A stretch of 64,000 nucleotides of DNA from Candidatus Bathyarchaeota archaeon. GTDB taxonomy: Archaea; Thermoproteota; Bathyarchaeia; Bathyarchaeales; Bathycorpusculaceae. The stretch covers positions 231,402 to 295,401 of the forward strand of contig CAWABA010000011.1 in assembly GCA_963780185.1 (NCBI GenBank), written 5' to 3'. A program made the position numbers and the translations under genes. This document shows, one piece after another, positions 11,250 to 20,254 of this stretch. The number at the start of each line of letters is the position of its first letter. Positions within the stretch are counted from its first letter, which is position 1. The notes beneath the pieces are model-generated. The model saw nothing but the letters and a program-made list of their open reading frames with translations. It was not told the DNA's origin and searched no databases.

Positions 11250-12474
11250 CTAATCAACTCCTGTCGAGCCAACTATCCCCCGAATACGATTCACTGACGG
11301 CGGCAAAACCTTTAGGACGTAATCTATGTCTTCGGCTGATTGGTAACGCGTTGTTTTCATAAGGATGCTGCCGTGTGCTTCGCTGAATCTGCGTCCTATG
11401 GCAACGAGAACGTGGCTTGGCTGAAGCAGTCTTCGGCTGCAGGCGCTGCCGCTGGAAACGTAGACACCTTTTAAGCTTAACTCAATTGTTAGTGCTTCGC
11501 CTTCTGCACGCAGGATGCTTATGTTTGCATTGTCTGGCGCTCGTTTGTCTCCTTTTGGACCGTTGAAGCGAAGGTCGTCGAGTTCTGCGAATATGCCGTC
11601 TACAAGTTTGTCGCGGAGCATACGCATTTTGGCGACGTTTGCGTCGAAGTTTTGGAATGCCAACTCGGAAGCCTTTGTGAAGCCGACGATTAGAGGGGTG
11701 TTTTCGACTCCTGGCCAAAGTTTCTGTGTGCCGATTTGTCCTTCAAGAATGCGTTCCATGTTTATTCCTTCTCGAAGGTACATGGCTCCCATTCCGCGTG
11801 GACCCAAAATCTTGTAGCTGCTAAGTGTCGCTAAGTCAACTTTTAAGTCTTGCACATTTAATGGTATTCTGCCATAGGCGTCGGAGGCGTCTGTGTGAAA
11901 GAGGGTTTCATGGTTTTTCGCTTTAACGATGTCAACTGCTTCCTTAATTGGCTGCACCGTGCCTATCTCGTTATTTACTGCTGAAATGCTTACAAGAACG
12001 GTTTCGTTGTCAACTGCTTCTTTGAGCTTCTCAAGGTTGATGAAGCCTTCAGGGTTAACTGGGATATTCTGCATTGTGAACCCGAACTTCTGCATCATCT
12101 CCGCAACCTGCAAAACGTTGATAGGCTCTATTTCGGAGATGACTATTTTTTTGCCTATGGTTTTTCCGCGCGAAGCATGTACCCATGATTGCAAGGTTGT
12201 TTGCTTCTGTTTCGCCTGGCGTGAATGTGATGTCTTCGAGGTTTTTTGCGCCGATGGATTTGCTGATTTTCTGGAAGCAGTTCATTATGACTTCAAAGGC
12301 TTCCCAGCCTGGCTTGTGGGTAAGCGTCGGGTTACCGTAGGCTTTCTTGTTAAAGTAAGGCAACATCTCGTCAACGACTTCTTGGGGAACAATGCTTGAG
12401 TTTTCGTTGTCTAAGTAAACCTCGTGTGTTATGCCTTCATGCAACTTTAGGAGTTCCTTCACGTTTTCAACCAT
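11250..12474 (-). CDS. iscS: divergent IscS/NifS-like protein (frameshift in the T5 run at 12161-12165)
   Basis: YGNP, ETEANNLAI, VNNEIGTVQP, SSYKILGP, VSSGSACS; several PLP-site residues are substituted. Confidence 0.85.
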
Positions 12475-12622
12475 ACAGTATCCTACCAATCTAAAGGGGG
12501 TTAGATAACTCGTCACTTGCTAGTATCTAGTTCAAATAGAAAAACGTAGCTGAAAAAACATCAGCGGAGTCGCCAACACTATTAAACTAGCATATTCAAT
12601 AAACTGTTTGAATGGCGAGTTA

Positions 12623-14857
12623 ATGTTGAAGATTTCCGAGTTGCCCGTTCCAGACGAAGTAAAACAAATCCTGCAGAACATGGGAATCACTGAGCTTTTT
12701 CCGCCTCAGGAAGACACCATACGGGCAGGCGTGTTAGAAGGCCAAAACATCGTGTTAGCCAGCCCAACTGCGTCTGGAAAAACGTTGATTGCGGAACTCT
12801 GCGCACTCAAGCATGTGCTGGAAAAGAACGGAAAGGTAATCTATCTCTCGCCGCTCCGAGCCTTGGCAAGCGAGAAATTCGAGGAATTCGGAAAATACTC
12901 CTCTATAAAAAAGGCGAACGGCAGAAAAGTCTCGGTGGGAATCAGCACAGGCGACTTTGACACCGCCGACAACTGGCTTGAACGCTACGACGTAATAGTC
13001 ACCACCAACGAGAAGGCTGATTCGCTTTTGCGTCACCGCGCCAAATGGATGGATGAAATCTCCCTTGTCATAGCCGACGAAGTTCACCTCCTCAATGACG
13101 CAGGGCGTGGGCCAACCCTTGAAATCGTTTTAGCCCGGCTGCTGCAAGTTAACCCCGACATCCAAATCTTGGCACTGAGCGCCACCATAAACAACGTTGA
13201 CGAAATAGCAGGCTGGTTAAACGCCAAATTCATTGTCACGGAGTGGCGTCCAGTCAGCCTAAAGGAAGGCGTACTTCTGCATGATGAAATCCAATTCAAA
13301 GATGGCGGCTCAAGAAAAGTTGAGCACAAAACCCATATCCCAACAGTAAATCTCGTCTTAAACACGTTGAAGACTGGCGGCCAAGCCTTGGTTTTTGCTT
13401 CAACACGTAAAAACGCGGTTTCAGCCGCCAAAACAATTGCTCAGCACACGGGCGAAGTTTTGTCCAAACCCTTGAAGCGGTCGCTGGAGCATGAAGCTGA
13501 AAAAATCCTTTCTGCGGGTGAGCGAACCCAAATCAGCGACACTTTAGCCGAGCTTGTTCGATGCGGAACTGCTTTTCACCATGCAGGGTTAGCGGGCGCT
13601 CATCGCAAGATGATTGAGGATTCGTTTAAGGAAGGAAAAATCAAAGTTTTAACTGCAACTCCGACTTTGGCTTTCGGCGTAAACCTTCCCGCACGTACGG
13701 TTATCATTCAGGATTATCGTCGTTTTGAGGCAGGCTACGGCAACTACCCCATCAGCGTTTTGGAGTACAAGCAGATGGCGGGTAGGGCTGGACGACCAAA
13801 ATACGACAAGGTAGGCGAATCGGTTCTTACCGCCAAAACCTCGGATGAAGCAGACTACCTGATGGAAGGCTACGTTTTAGCTAAGACCGAACGAATTTGG
13901 AGCAGGTTGGCGGTTGAAAAAATCATGCGCGGACACGTGCTGTCAACGGTCGCGTCAGATTTCGCTCATACAGAGAACGGGATTTACGAATTCTTCGGAA
14001 AAACATTCTATGCTTACCAATACGACGTTAAATCCATTAAGAGCATCATCGGCAAAATTTTGAAGTACCTCTACGAAGAGGAAATGATCGCTGTAGACGG
14101 AGACGAAATCTACGCTACAATGTTCGGCAAACGAGTAAGCGAACTCTACATTGACCCCCTGTCAGGCGTCGTCATCCGCGAAGCCTTCAAGAAAAAACCC
14201 GAAGAACCAACCGACTTCGGCCTGCTGCACCTGATTTCTCACATGCCTGACATGGGACCCGTCATGCGCCCCTACACACGGGAAATTGACCCGTTGGCGC
14301 TTGAGTTGGAGAAGCACCGCGACGAACTCTTCACTGAAGTCCCCAACGAGTGGGATGACCGTTTCGCTTTTGAAGAGTTTTTAGGCGAAATCAAAACCGC
14401 ATTTGTGATGAAGAGTTGGGTTGAAGAAGTCAGTGAAGAAAACCTGATTCGACAATTCAACGTTCAGCCAGGCGATTTGTACCGCACGATTGAGAACGCA
14501 AAGTGGCTTCTTCACGCAACCGACGAATTAGCATCGTTGTTCGGATGCAAAGAGATTCGTCCCCTAACCAGCGAACTCGTAGAACGGGTTTCCAAAGGCA
14601 TAAAAAGAGAGCTGCTGCCGCTTGTTCGGCTTGAAGGCGTCGGCAGAGTCCGCGGACGCATAATGTTTGACGCAGGCTTCCAAACAATTGATGATGTAAA
14701 AGCTGCTTCAATGGAGGAATTAAGCAACCTGCCGCTTATGGGTCCCAGGCTTGCTAAAAAGATTAAAGAGCAGGTCGGCGGCTTCGTGAAAAAAGACACA
14801 TGGGAAAAACTCAGCAACGAACAAGATTACAAGCAGCGCGCGCTATCTGAGTTTTAG
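12623..14857 (+). CDS. hel308: Ski2-like SF2 DNA helicase Hel308/Hjm
   Basis: PTASGKT, DEVH, LSAT, FHHAGL, QMAGRAGRP, C-terminal HhH. Confidence 0.95.
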   Translation: MLKISELPVPDEVKQILQNMGITELFPPQEDTIRAGVLEGQNIVLASPTASGKTLIAELCALKHVLEKNGKVIYLSPLRALASEKFEEFGKYSSIKKANGRKVSVGISTGDFDTADNWLERYDVIVTTNEKADSLLRHRAKWMDEISLVIADEVHLLNDAGRGPTLEIVLARLLQVNPDIQILALSATINNVDEIAGWLNAKFIVTEWRPVSLKEGVLLHDEIQFKDGGSRKVEHKTHIPTVNLVLNTLKTGGQALVFASTRKNAVSAAKTIAQHTGEVLSKPLKRSLEHEAEKILSAGERTQISDTLAELVRCGTAFHHAGLAGAHRKMIEDSFKEGKIKVLTATPTLAFGVNLPARTVIIQDYRRFEAGYGNYPISVLEYKQMAGRAGRPKYDKVGESVLTAKTSDEADYLMEGYVLAKTERIWSRLAVEKIMRGHVLSTVASDFAHTENGIYEFFGKTFYAYQYDVKSIKSIIGKILKYLYEEEMIAVDGDEIYATMFGKRVSELYIDPLSGVVIREAFKKKPEEPTDFGLLHLISHMPDMGPVMRPYTREIDPLALELEKHRDELFTEVPNEWDDRFAFEEFLGEIKTAFVMKSWVEEVSEENLIRQFNVQPGDLYRTIENAKWLLHATDELASLFGCKEIRPLTSELVERVSKGIKRELLPLVRLEGVGRVRGRIMFDAGFQTIDDVKAASMEELSNLPLMGPRLAKKIKEQVGGFVKKDTWEKLSNEQDYKQRALSEF

Positions 14858-16188
14858 CTTTTCGCGAACTTTTCCGCCTGTTTAACTGCTGTGCCCAAAT
14901 AGTTCTTCGGGTTTAGCGCCTCGACGATTTCTGCTTCCGAAAGTTTGCCGCTTACGAATTTATCTTGCAGCAACATCTGTTTGAAATCTTTTTTCTCAGT
15001 TGCGCTTACAATCGTGAGTTTACGAAGCATCTCGTGGGCTTCCTGTCTATCGACGCCTTTCTTTGCTAACGCCATCATCACTGACTCCGACATCGCCCGC
15101 CCCTGGGTTATGCTCAGGTTCTGCAGCATCCGTTGCGGGTCAACTCGCAGGTTCGCGACGACATCACACATCAAACTAAGCATGTAGTCGAGCAGAATGT
15201 TTGTTTCTGGAAAAATGAACCGTTCAGCCGACGACTGCGTCAAATCTCTCTCATGCCACGTCACCATGTTTTCGAATGACGGGACAGTGAGGCTTCTGAC
15301 GATTCGCGCTAAACCGCAGATGCGTTCGCATGTTTCAGGGTTTTGCTTATGAGGCATAGTGGAGCTCCCAACCTGCTTGCTTGCTTCAAACGCCTCAGAA
15401 AGCTCGCCGATTTCGGGTCTTTGGAGCTCGCGGATTTCATTTGCAAAATTCTCAAGCGAAGAAGCAACGATCGCGTAGATGCATATTAGTTCAGCGTAGC
15501 GGTCTCTTTGAACAATCTGGGTTGAAATCTCAGCGGGGCGAAGACTTACCCGTTTCATGACGAGGTCTTGGATTTGCTCTGCATGTTCGCCTAAACCTGC
15601 TTGGGTGCCGACGGCGCCGCTTATTTTGCCGACTAAAACGCGGCTTTTGCACTCGCTTAATCGTTCGATGTGCCTGTCGACTTCGTAGCCCCAAACCGCA
15701 AACTTGAAACCCAAAGTAATCGGCAAAGCATGTTGCCCGTGGGTTCTGCCAATCATCACCGTTTCCTTATATTGACCAGCCTGTTTCTGCAGGGTCAACT
15801 TCAAATCCAAAAGCCGCTTCTCGATAAGAACCATCGCATCTTTTAGTTGCAACGCGTTAGCCGTGTCAACTATGTCGTAGCTTGTCGCTCCCAAATGCAC
15901 GTAGCCGCCGCTTGACCCGCAAACCTCCGCTAGAGCCCGAACCAGCGCGGCGACATCATGTTTAATTTCCTTTTCAATAGCCTTCACGCGATCAACTTTA
16001 ACGTATTTTGTGGAAGCCATGGCAGCGATTTTTTCCGCGTCTTTCCTTGGAATATTGCCTACTTCAGCGTGCGCCAAAGCCAAAGCGGCTTCAACGTCAA
16101 GAAGCTTCTGGACACGGGTTTCTTCTTGGAATATTTTAAGCATTTCTGGCGTGCCGTAGCGGCCAGTGTCTATGGGTAGGATTGGCAA
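14854..16188 (-). CDS. purB: adenylosuccinate lyase
   Basis: GSSTMPHKQNP signature, HLGATSYD, GRTHGQHA. Confidence 0.96.
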   Translation of the reverse strand: MPILPIDTGRYGTPEMLKIFQEETRVQKLLDVEAALALAHAEVGNIPRKDAEKIAAMASTKYVKVDRVKAIEKEIKHDVAALVRALAEVCGSSGGYVHLGATSYDIVDTANALQLKDAMVLIEKRLLDLKLTLQKQAGQYKETVMIGRTHGQHALPITLGFKFAVWGYEVDRHIERLSECKSRVLVGKISGAVGTQAGLGEHAEQIQDLVMKRVSLRPAEISTQIVQRDRYAELICIYAIVASSLENFANEIRELQRPEIGELSEAFEASKQVGSSTMPHKQNPETCERICGLARIVRSLTVPSFENMVTWHERDLTQSSAERFIFPETNILLDYMLSLMCDVVANLRVDPQRMLQNLSITQGRAMSESVMMALAKKGVDRQEAHEMLRKLTIVSATEKKDFKQMLLQDKFVSGKLSEAEIVEALNPKNYLGTAVKQAEKFAKS

Positions 16189-16285
16189 GTTAGTGTTCCT
16201 CAGGGTGAAGGATATGCCAGATTGAAGATTAATGTTTTGTCAGTTAAAACTGCCGTTTGACGCATATTTTGGCTGGGTCGCTTTT

Positions 16286-17020
16286 CTATTTCCATTTTGT
16301 CAGGATTTCTTCTCGGCGGAAAGTGGAGACGCTGAAGTAGAATAATGCCAAGTCAACAATCATGAATGCGCCTGAAATGATCAGCAGGTTTTCTGTGTTG
16401 AGCGTTATCACCCCGATTTCGCCCGCGAGGTAAATAACCATGAAAGGTATGAACATAAGACTCCCGACTTGGTTAGCGGACCGCACGTCACTCACTCTTG
16501 ATGAGGTGATTACACTCAACTCTATGCTTAGTACTGCTGCGATAGGGATAAGGAGGAAGATAACGCCGATGCTCCAATTCGGATAGAGCAGGTAACCTAA
16601 GGAGCTAGAGGTTAATTTGTCCATGAGCACCATGTAGATGGAAAGCCCTGCCCACGATGCCGCGACAGGCGGTATGAATGCTGCGATGCTCTTTCCCAGC
16701 AGTATCTCCCCGTCAGTTGTAGGCGTGGCAAGAAGAGGCTCAAGACTCTTCTCAACTTTTTCGCCAACTATGGCATAAGAAGCAATCGCACTGGGAAGCG
16801 TAGCTGCCGCAATCACGAAGAAGAAAGCGAATGCGTTCAGCAATCCTGGAAGAACAGGCGCTGGTATTCCTCCAGACTTCCTTTGTTCGTAAAGAATAAC
16901 CGCAGGAAATAGAACGTCGAGAAGCAGAGGGAAAAATATGGTTCCTATTATGATGCTTCTCTTTCTCTTGAATGTCTTGAGTTCTTTTGCGGCGATAATC
17001 CATGATGAACTCAGATTCAT
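16286..17020 (-). CDS. ABC-2 type exporter permease
   Basis: about 6 TM helices; GEKVEKSLEPLLATP motif; overlaps the ATPase gene. Confidence 0.9.
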   Translation of the reverse strand: MNLSSSWIIAAKELKTFKRKRSIIIGTIFFPLLLDVLFPAVILYEQRKSGGIPAPVLPGLLNAFAFFFVIAAATLPSAIASYAIVGEKVEKSLEPLLATPTTDGEILLGKSIAAFIPPVAASWAGLSIYMVLMDKLTSSSLGYLLYPNWSIGVIFLLIPIAAVLSIELSVITSSRVSDVRSANQVGSLMFIPFMVIYLAGEIGVITLNTENLLIISGAFMIVDLALFYFSVSTFRREEILTKWK

Positions 17021-17937
17021 TCTTTCTCCCTCACAAGCTTAAGGTAAGTGTCTTCCAGGCTGCTGCTGGACACAAAAACCGTTTGAATGTTGCCGCCAGC
17101 CTCAACGATCGTGCGGATAACGGCGGGGTTTTCCCTGAATGGATTCGCAAGTTCAATTGTCAACTTGTTATCATCTCGGGTTACGTTTCCAAGCGACAGT
17201 TTCTTCACTGAATTTAGGATTGCATCGTTTATTTGCTCCAGTTGAATCACAGTTCTCCTTGCGCCAACGGAGCGTTCAAGTTCTTCAGGAGTGCCAACCG
17301 CCATCAGCTTCGTGTTTAATATACCGATTCTGTCGCAGATTCTTTGCGCCTCGTCAAGGTTGTGTGTGTTTAGAAAAATGGTTTTCTTCTGCTTTTTCAA
17401 ATCAAGAATAAACTCTCTAACCGTCTTCGCCGATTCTGGGTCCAAGTTCGCTGTCGGCTCATCCATGAACAGAACTTCGGGATTATGAATTAAGGCGCGT
17501 GCGATTGCGAGTTTTTGCTTCATTCCCTTGGAAAATGTCCCAGCCATGATGTCTCTTTTTTCCCACAATCCCATCATTTCGAGAAAATGCTTGATGTTTT
17601 CCTTCTTCTCAGGTTCAGTGCATTTGTAAAGTTTCGCGTAAAACTCCAGGTTCTCATACGCGGTCAAATCTTCGTAGAGGCCAACGTTATCTGGGACCAA
17701 ACCGATGATTTTTCTTATTTTTAAGGCGTCAGCCTCGTTTTCAACATCGTAATCCGCAATCCTTGCCGAACCGCTCGTTTTCGAAATCAAGCAGCTGAGC
17801 ATCCTCACAGTCGTCGTCTTTCCAGCGCCGTTGGGTCCAAGAAAACCGAAAACTTCGCCGTCATCAACGTGCAGAGTAAGGTTGTCTACGGCTGTTAGGT
17901 CCCCGAATTTTTTTGTTAGGTTTTCTGTGTCAATCAT
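17017..17937 (-). CDS. ABC transporter ATP-binding protein
   Basis: GPNGAGKTT, FSKGMKQK, FMDEPT. Confidence 0.95.
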   Translation of the reverse strand: MIDTENLTKKFGDLTAVDNLTLHVDDGEVFGFLGPNGAGKTTTVRMLSCLISKTSGSARIADYDVENEADALKIRKIIGLVPDNVGLYEDLTAYENLEFYAKLYKCTEPEKKENIKHFLEMMGLWEKRDIMAGTFSKGMKQKLAIARALIHNPEVLFMDEPTANLDPESAKTVREFILDLKKQKKTIFLNTHNLDEAQRICDRIGILNTKLMAVGTPEELERSVGARRTVIQLEQINDAILNSVKKLSLGNVTRDDNKLTIELANPFRENPAVIRTIVEAGGNIQTVFVSSSSLEDTYLKLVREKE

Positions 17938-18013
17938 TAGATATCACGGTGGTGGGCGGCTGTTTATATCCCTGTGCTGAGTTCCCATATTTAAACCTAA
18001 ATTCAAGAAGAGT

Positions 18014-18031
18014 TATATCTTAGAAGATATA
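18014..18031. promoter_or_regulatory. palindromic operator candidate TATATCTT-AG-AAGATATA
   Basis: perfect 8-bp inverted repeat about 20 bp upstream of a minus-strand TTTAAATA box (17988-17995) of the ABC operon and next to the PadR gene. Confidence 0.5.
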
Positions 18032-18037
18032 GGTCGA

Positions 18038-18568
18038 TTACATCTCCATTAACTTTTTGTACATTTCCATGTTTGCCTTTAGTAACGGTATCCCAGATTC
18101 TAAGAGCGCAAGTGCAAATCGGTCCAATTGCTCCTTATATTTTTCCATTTTTGCAATTGCATCGTCATACCGTTCTTTTGTATACTTGAAAAATGGCTCG
18201 ACAATTGTTCGCCTCTCCTCCTTAGTGATAAAACTGAAAAAGAGTGCGTGGACTATAAGATCTTCCATATCGGTATTTCTAACTTTTCTGAACTGGACTG
18301 GCGTCGCAACAAGTCGCTTTATTTTTTCCATCCCGTTTTCCGTAAGTTGATACACTTTCTTGTTTGGTGCATTGTACTGCATTTCGATTTTGCTTTTGAT
18401 GAAGCCTTCCTTCTCAAATCGTAATAGCCTAGGGTAGATTGCGCTGTCGCTTAAGTTTGGGTATTGGGCTCCAAAAGAGATCGCTATTCGTTTCTTTATG
18501 TAATAGCCATGAGCTGGACCTGCCAGTAGGACGCCCAGAACCATTAAGTCGATTTCGTTCTTACCCAT
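18038..18568 (-). CDS. PadR family transcriptional regulator
   Basis: VLGVLLAGPAHGYYI, SAIYPRLLRFEKEGFI, PNKKVYQLTENG; start set at ATG 18568. Confidence 0.9.
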   Translation of the reverse strand: MGKNEIDLMVLGVLLAGPAHGYYIKKRIAISFGAQYPNLSDSAIYPRLLRFEKEGFIKSKIEMQYNAPNKKVYQLTENGMEKIKRLVATPVQFRKVRNTDMEDLIVHALFFSFITKEERRTIVEPFFKYTKERYDDAIAKMEKYKEQLDRFALALLESGIPLLKANMEMYKKLMEM

Positions 18569-18772
18569 TTTCCTTCTTTCCCCCACCGCTTTAGACACTG
18601 TTTTTCCAGTGAGCTCGGTTGGATTAGGGAACTGCAAATTTGAGTATATAGTTTTTTGCACAAATAGACACGTACGGCTGCTGATATTTTGACGCTGACT
18701 TTCGGCTAAGTGCAGGGAGAAAATTAATATCGGACGCTTGCCCATGAACTCTGGAAACGTTGGTGTAGAATC

Positions 18773-18988
18773 ATGAGTTTTGGTACCTCTAAAGTGTTCG
18801 GCGGCATTACGGAAGCCTTCATCTTGGCGTTGATGCTTGTGTCTGTTATTGCAGTTTTGGAAATTAACATGGCCATCATGTACAAGGTAAGCATCGTAGC
18901 CATTGTTTTCTCGATGATTTTCTTGATGACCATTGCCTCTCAAATTCTGCGGGAACAAAAAGAAGCACGCAAGCAACAGCAAGCCTAA
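18773..18988 (+). CDS. small two-TM membrane protein
   Basis: 71 aa, two hydrophobic segments and a basic tail. Confidence 0.6.
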   Translation: MSFGTSKVFGGITEAFILALMLVSVIAVLEINMAIMYKVSIVAIVFSMIFLMTIASQILREQKEARKQQQA

Positions 18989-19111
18989 ACCGCACGTTTT
19001 TCCATTTTCACTTTCACTCTACCCTCCCCTGTGTCCAAATGTCGTTTGGACGATGCTTTAAAAAGGGTTAACCGCCGTATTGCCCTCCATGGACAGGAGT
19101 GCAGAAGCGGA

Positions 19112-19870
19112 ATGACTCAAAATTTAATGGCTAAGCCTCTGATGGCGCAGCCGCTGTTTTCTTTAAACATGCCCAGCGTAGACGAGCTTTTCCCAGGATT
19201 TGCCCCAGGTGACTTCGCGGTTCTCTACGGGTCACCTTCAGTTATTTCACTAACCTCTCTGCTTTGCATCCGTGCACAGTTGCCAGCGCAGCTTGGCGGC
19301 TTAGGAAGCAACGTAGTCTTCATCGACGGCGGAAACACATTTAGGCTCTACAAGATTTCCCGTTTAGCCCAGCTTCACCAGCTGAACCCCTCTGAAGTGC
19401 TTGAACGCATCTTTATTTCAAGAGCATTCACCGCTTACCAGCTAACTTCCCTTATACTTGACAAACTTGAAGAAACCGTAAAGCAATACGACGCTAAACT
19501 TGTAGTGATTTCCGATATAGCCGGGTTCTTCTTAGACAACGATGTCCCGCATGAAGAAGCACAGAGAGTCTACAGCCAAATCGTTAGTTACCTTTCAAGC
19601 TTTGCCAAAAAACACCAAATAGTCGTCGTCGCAACTTACCTTCCCTACTCTGACAGCCGAAGAAACATGCTGCTTCAAGAAATGACATGCACCAAAGCAA
19701 ACACCGTTTTATCCGTCAGCAAAACCATGTACACGAGGGAAGTAACATTGGAGAAACACCCATCTTTCATGTTAGGCACCGCTGAGCTTCCATCCGAAAA
19801 CTTGACGTTAACCGACTTCATGGGCGATGCAAACAAAAATCTTCAAGCTTACACGTTAGGTTGCGGTTAG
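19112..19870 (+). CDS. RadA/Rad51-like RecA-fold protein with a degenerate Walker A
   Basis: QLPAQLGGLGSNVVFIDGGNTF, ERIFISRAFTAYQL; Walker A position reads GSPSVISLT. Confidence 0.85.
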   Translation: MTQNLMAKPLMAQPLFSLNMPSVDELFPGFAPGDFAVLYGSPSVISLTSLLCIRAQLPAQLGGLGSNVVFIDGGNTFRLYKISRLAQLHQLNPSEVLERIFISRAFTAYQLTSLILDKLEETVKQYDAKLVVISDIAGFFLDNDVPHEEAQRVYSQIVSYLSSFAKKHQIVVVATYLPYSDSRRNMLLQEMTCTKANTVLSVSKTMYTREVTLEKHPSFMLGTAELPSENLTLTDFMGDANKNLQAYTLGCG

Positions 19871-20001
19871 CTTAGGTTGTTGAACATGTTTTGAGTGGCT
19901 GACTCTGGCAATTTAAGCTCTAACTTTACAACTTGGGAGAACAGAAAAGTGTAGAATTCATTAGCCATCTCCATTTTGGTTCTTGCTTCTTTCGGCTTCA
20001 T
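19867..20001 (-). CDS. putative 44-aa protein (MKPKEARTKMEMANEFYTFLFSQVVKLELKLPESATQNMFNNLS)
   Basis: ATG preceded by GGGTGGGA; stop overlaps the convergent radA-like stop; below the ORF-track cutoff. Confidence 0.35.
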   Translation of the reverse strand: MKPKEARTKMEMANEFYTFLFSQVVKLELKLPESATQNMFNNLS

Positions 20002-20254
20002 CGGTTTCCCACCCTTCTCTGTTCAGCTTTTGGGTTTAAGAATTTTATGTTCAGGGATGAGGTAGGTCTGGTGGAGCCGCTTGCTTGCGTGTCGGGTGCT
20101 GTTGCCCTCCAAAGGCTGTTTCGCAGAAAAAAAGTGGTGGCACAAATTGTTTTGAATTATCCGTTGCTTGCGGATATTTATTTCAAATTCATTATGGATT
20201 TAAACCAAAACGTCAATTATAGAAAAACAATGCTGTGAGGAAACGATTTACCAG

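Noticed and set aside
9934-12194. Programmed frameshifting in sufS and iscS
   Set aside because: No shared slippery-site or stimulator pattern; similar indels hit unrelated genes, so error is simpler
18569-18982. Long N-terminal extension of the PadR ORF
   Set aside because: It is antisense to the small membrane gene; PadR similarity starts at ATG 18568
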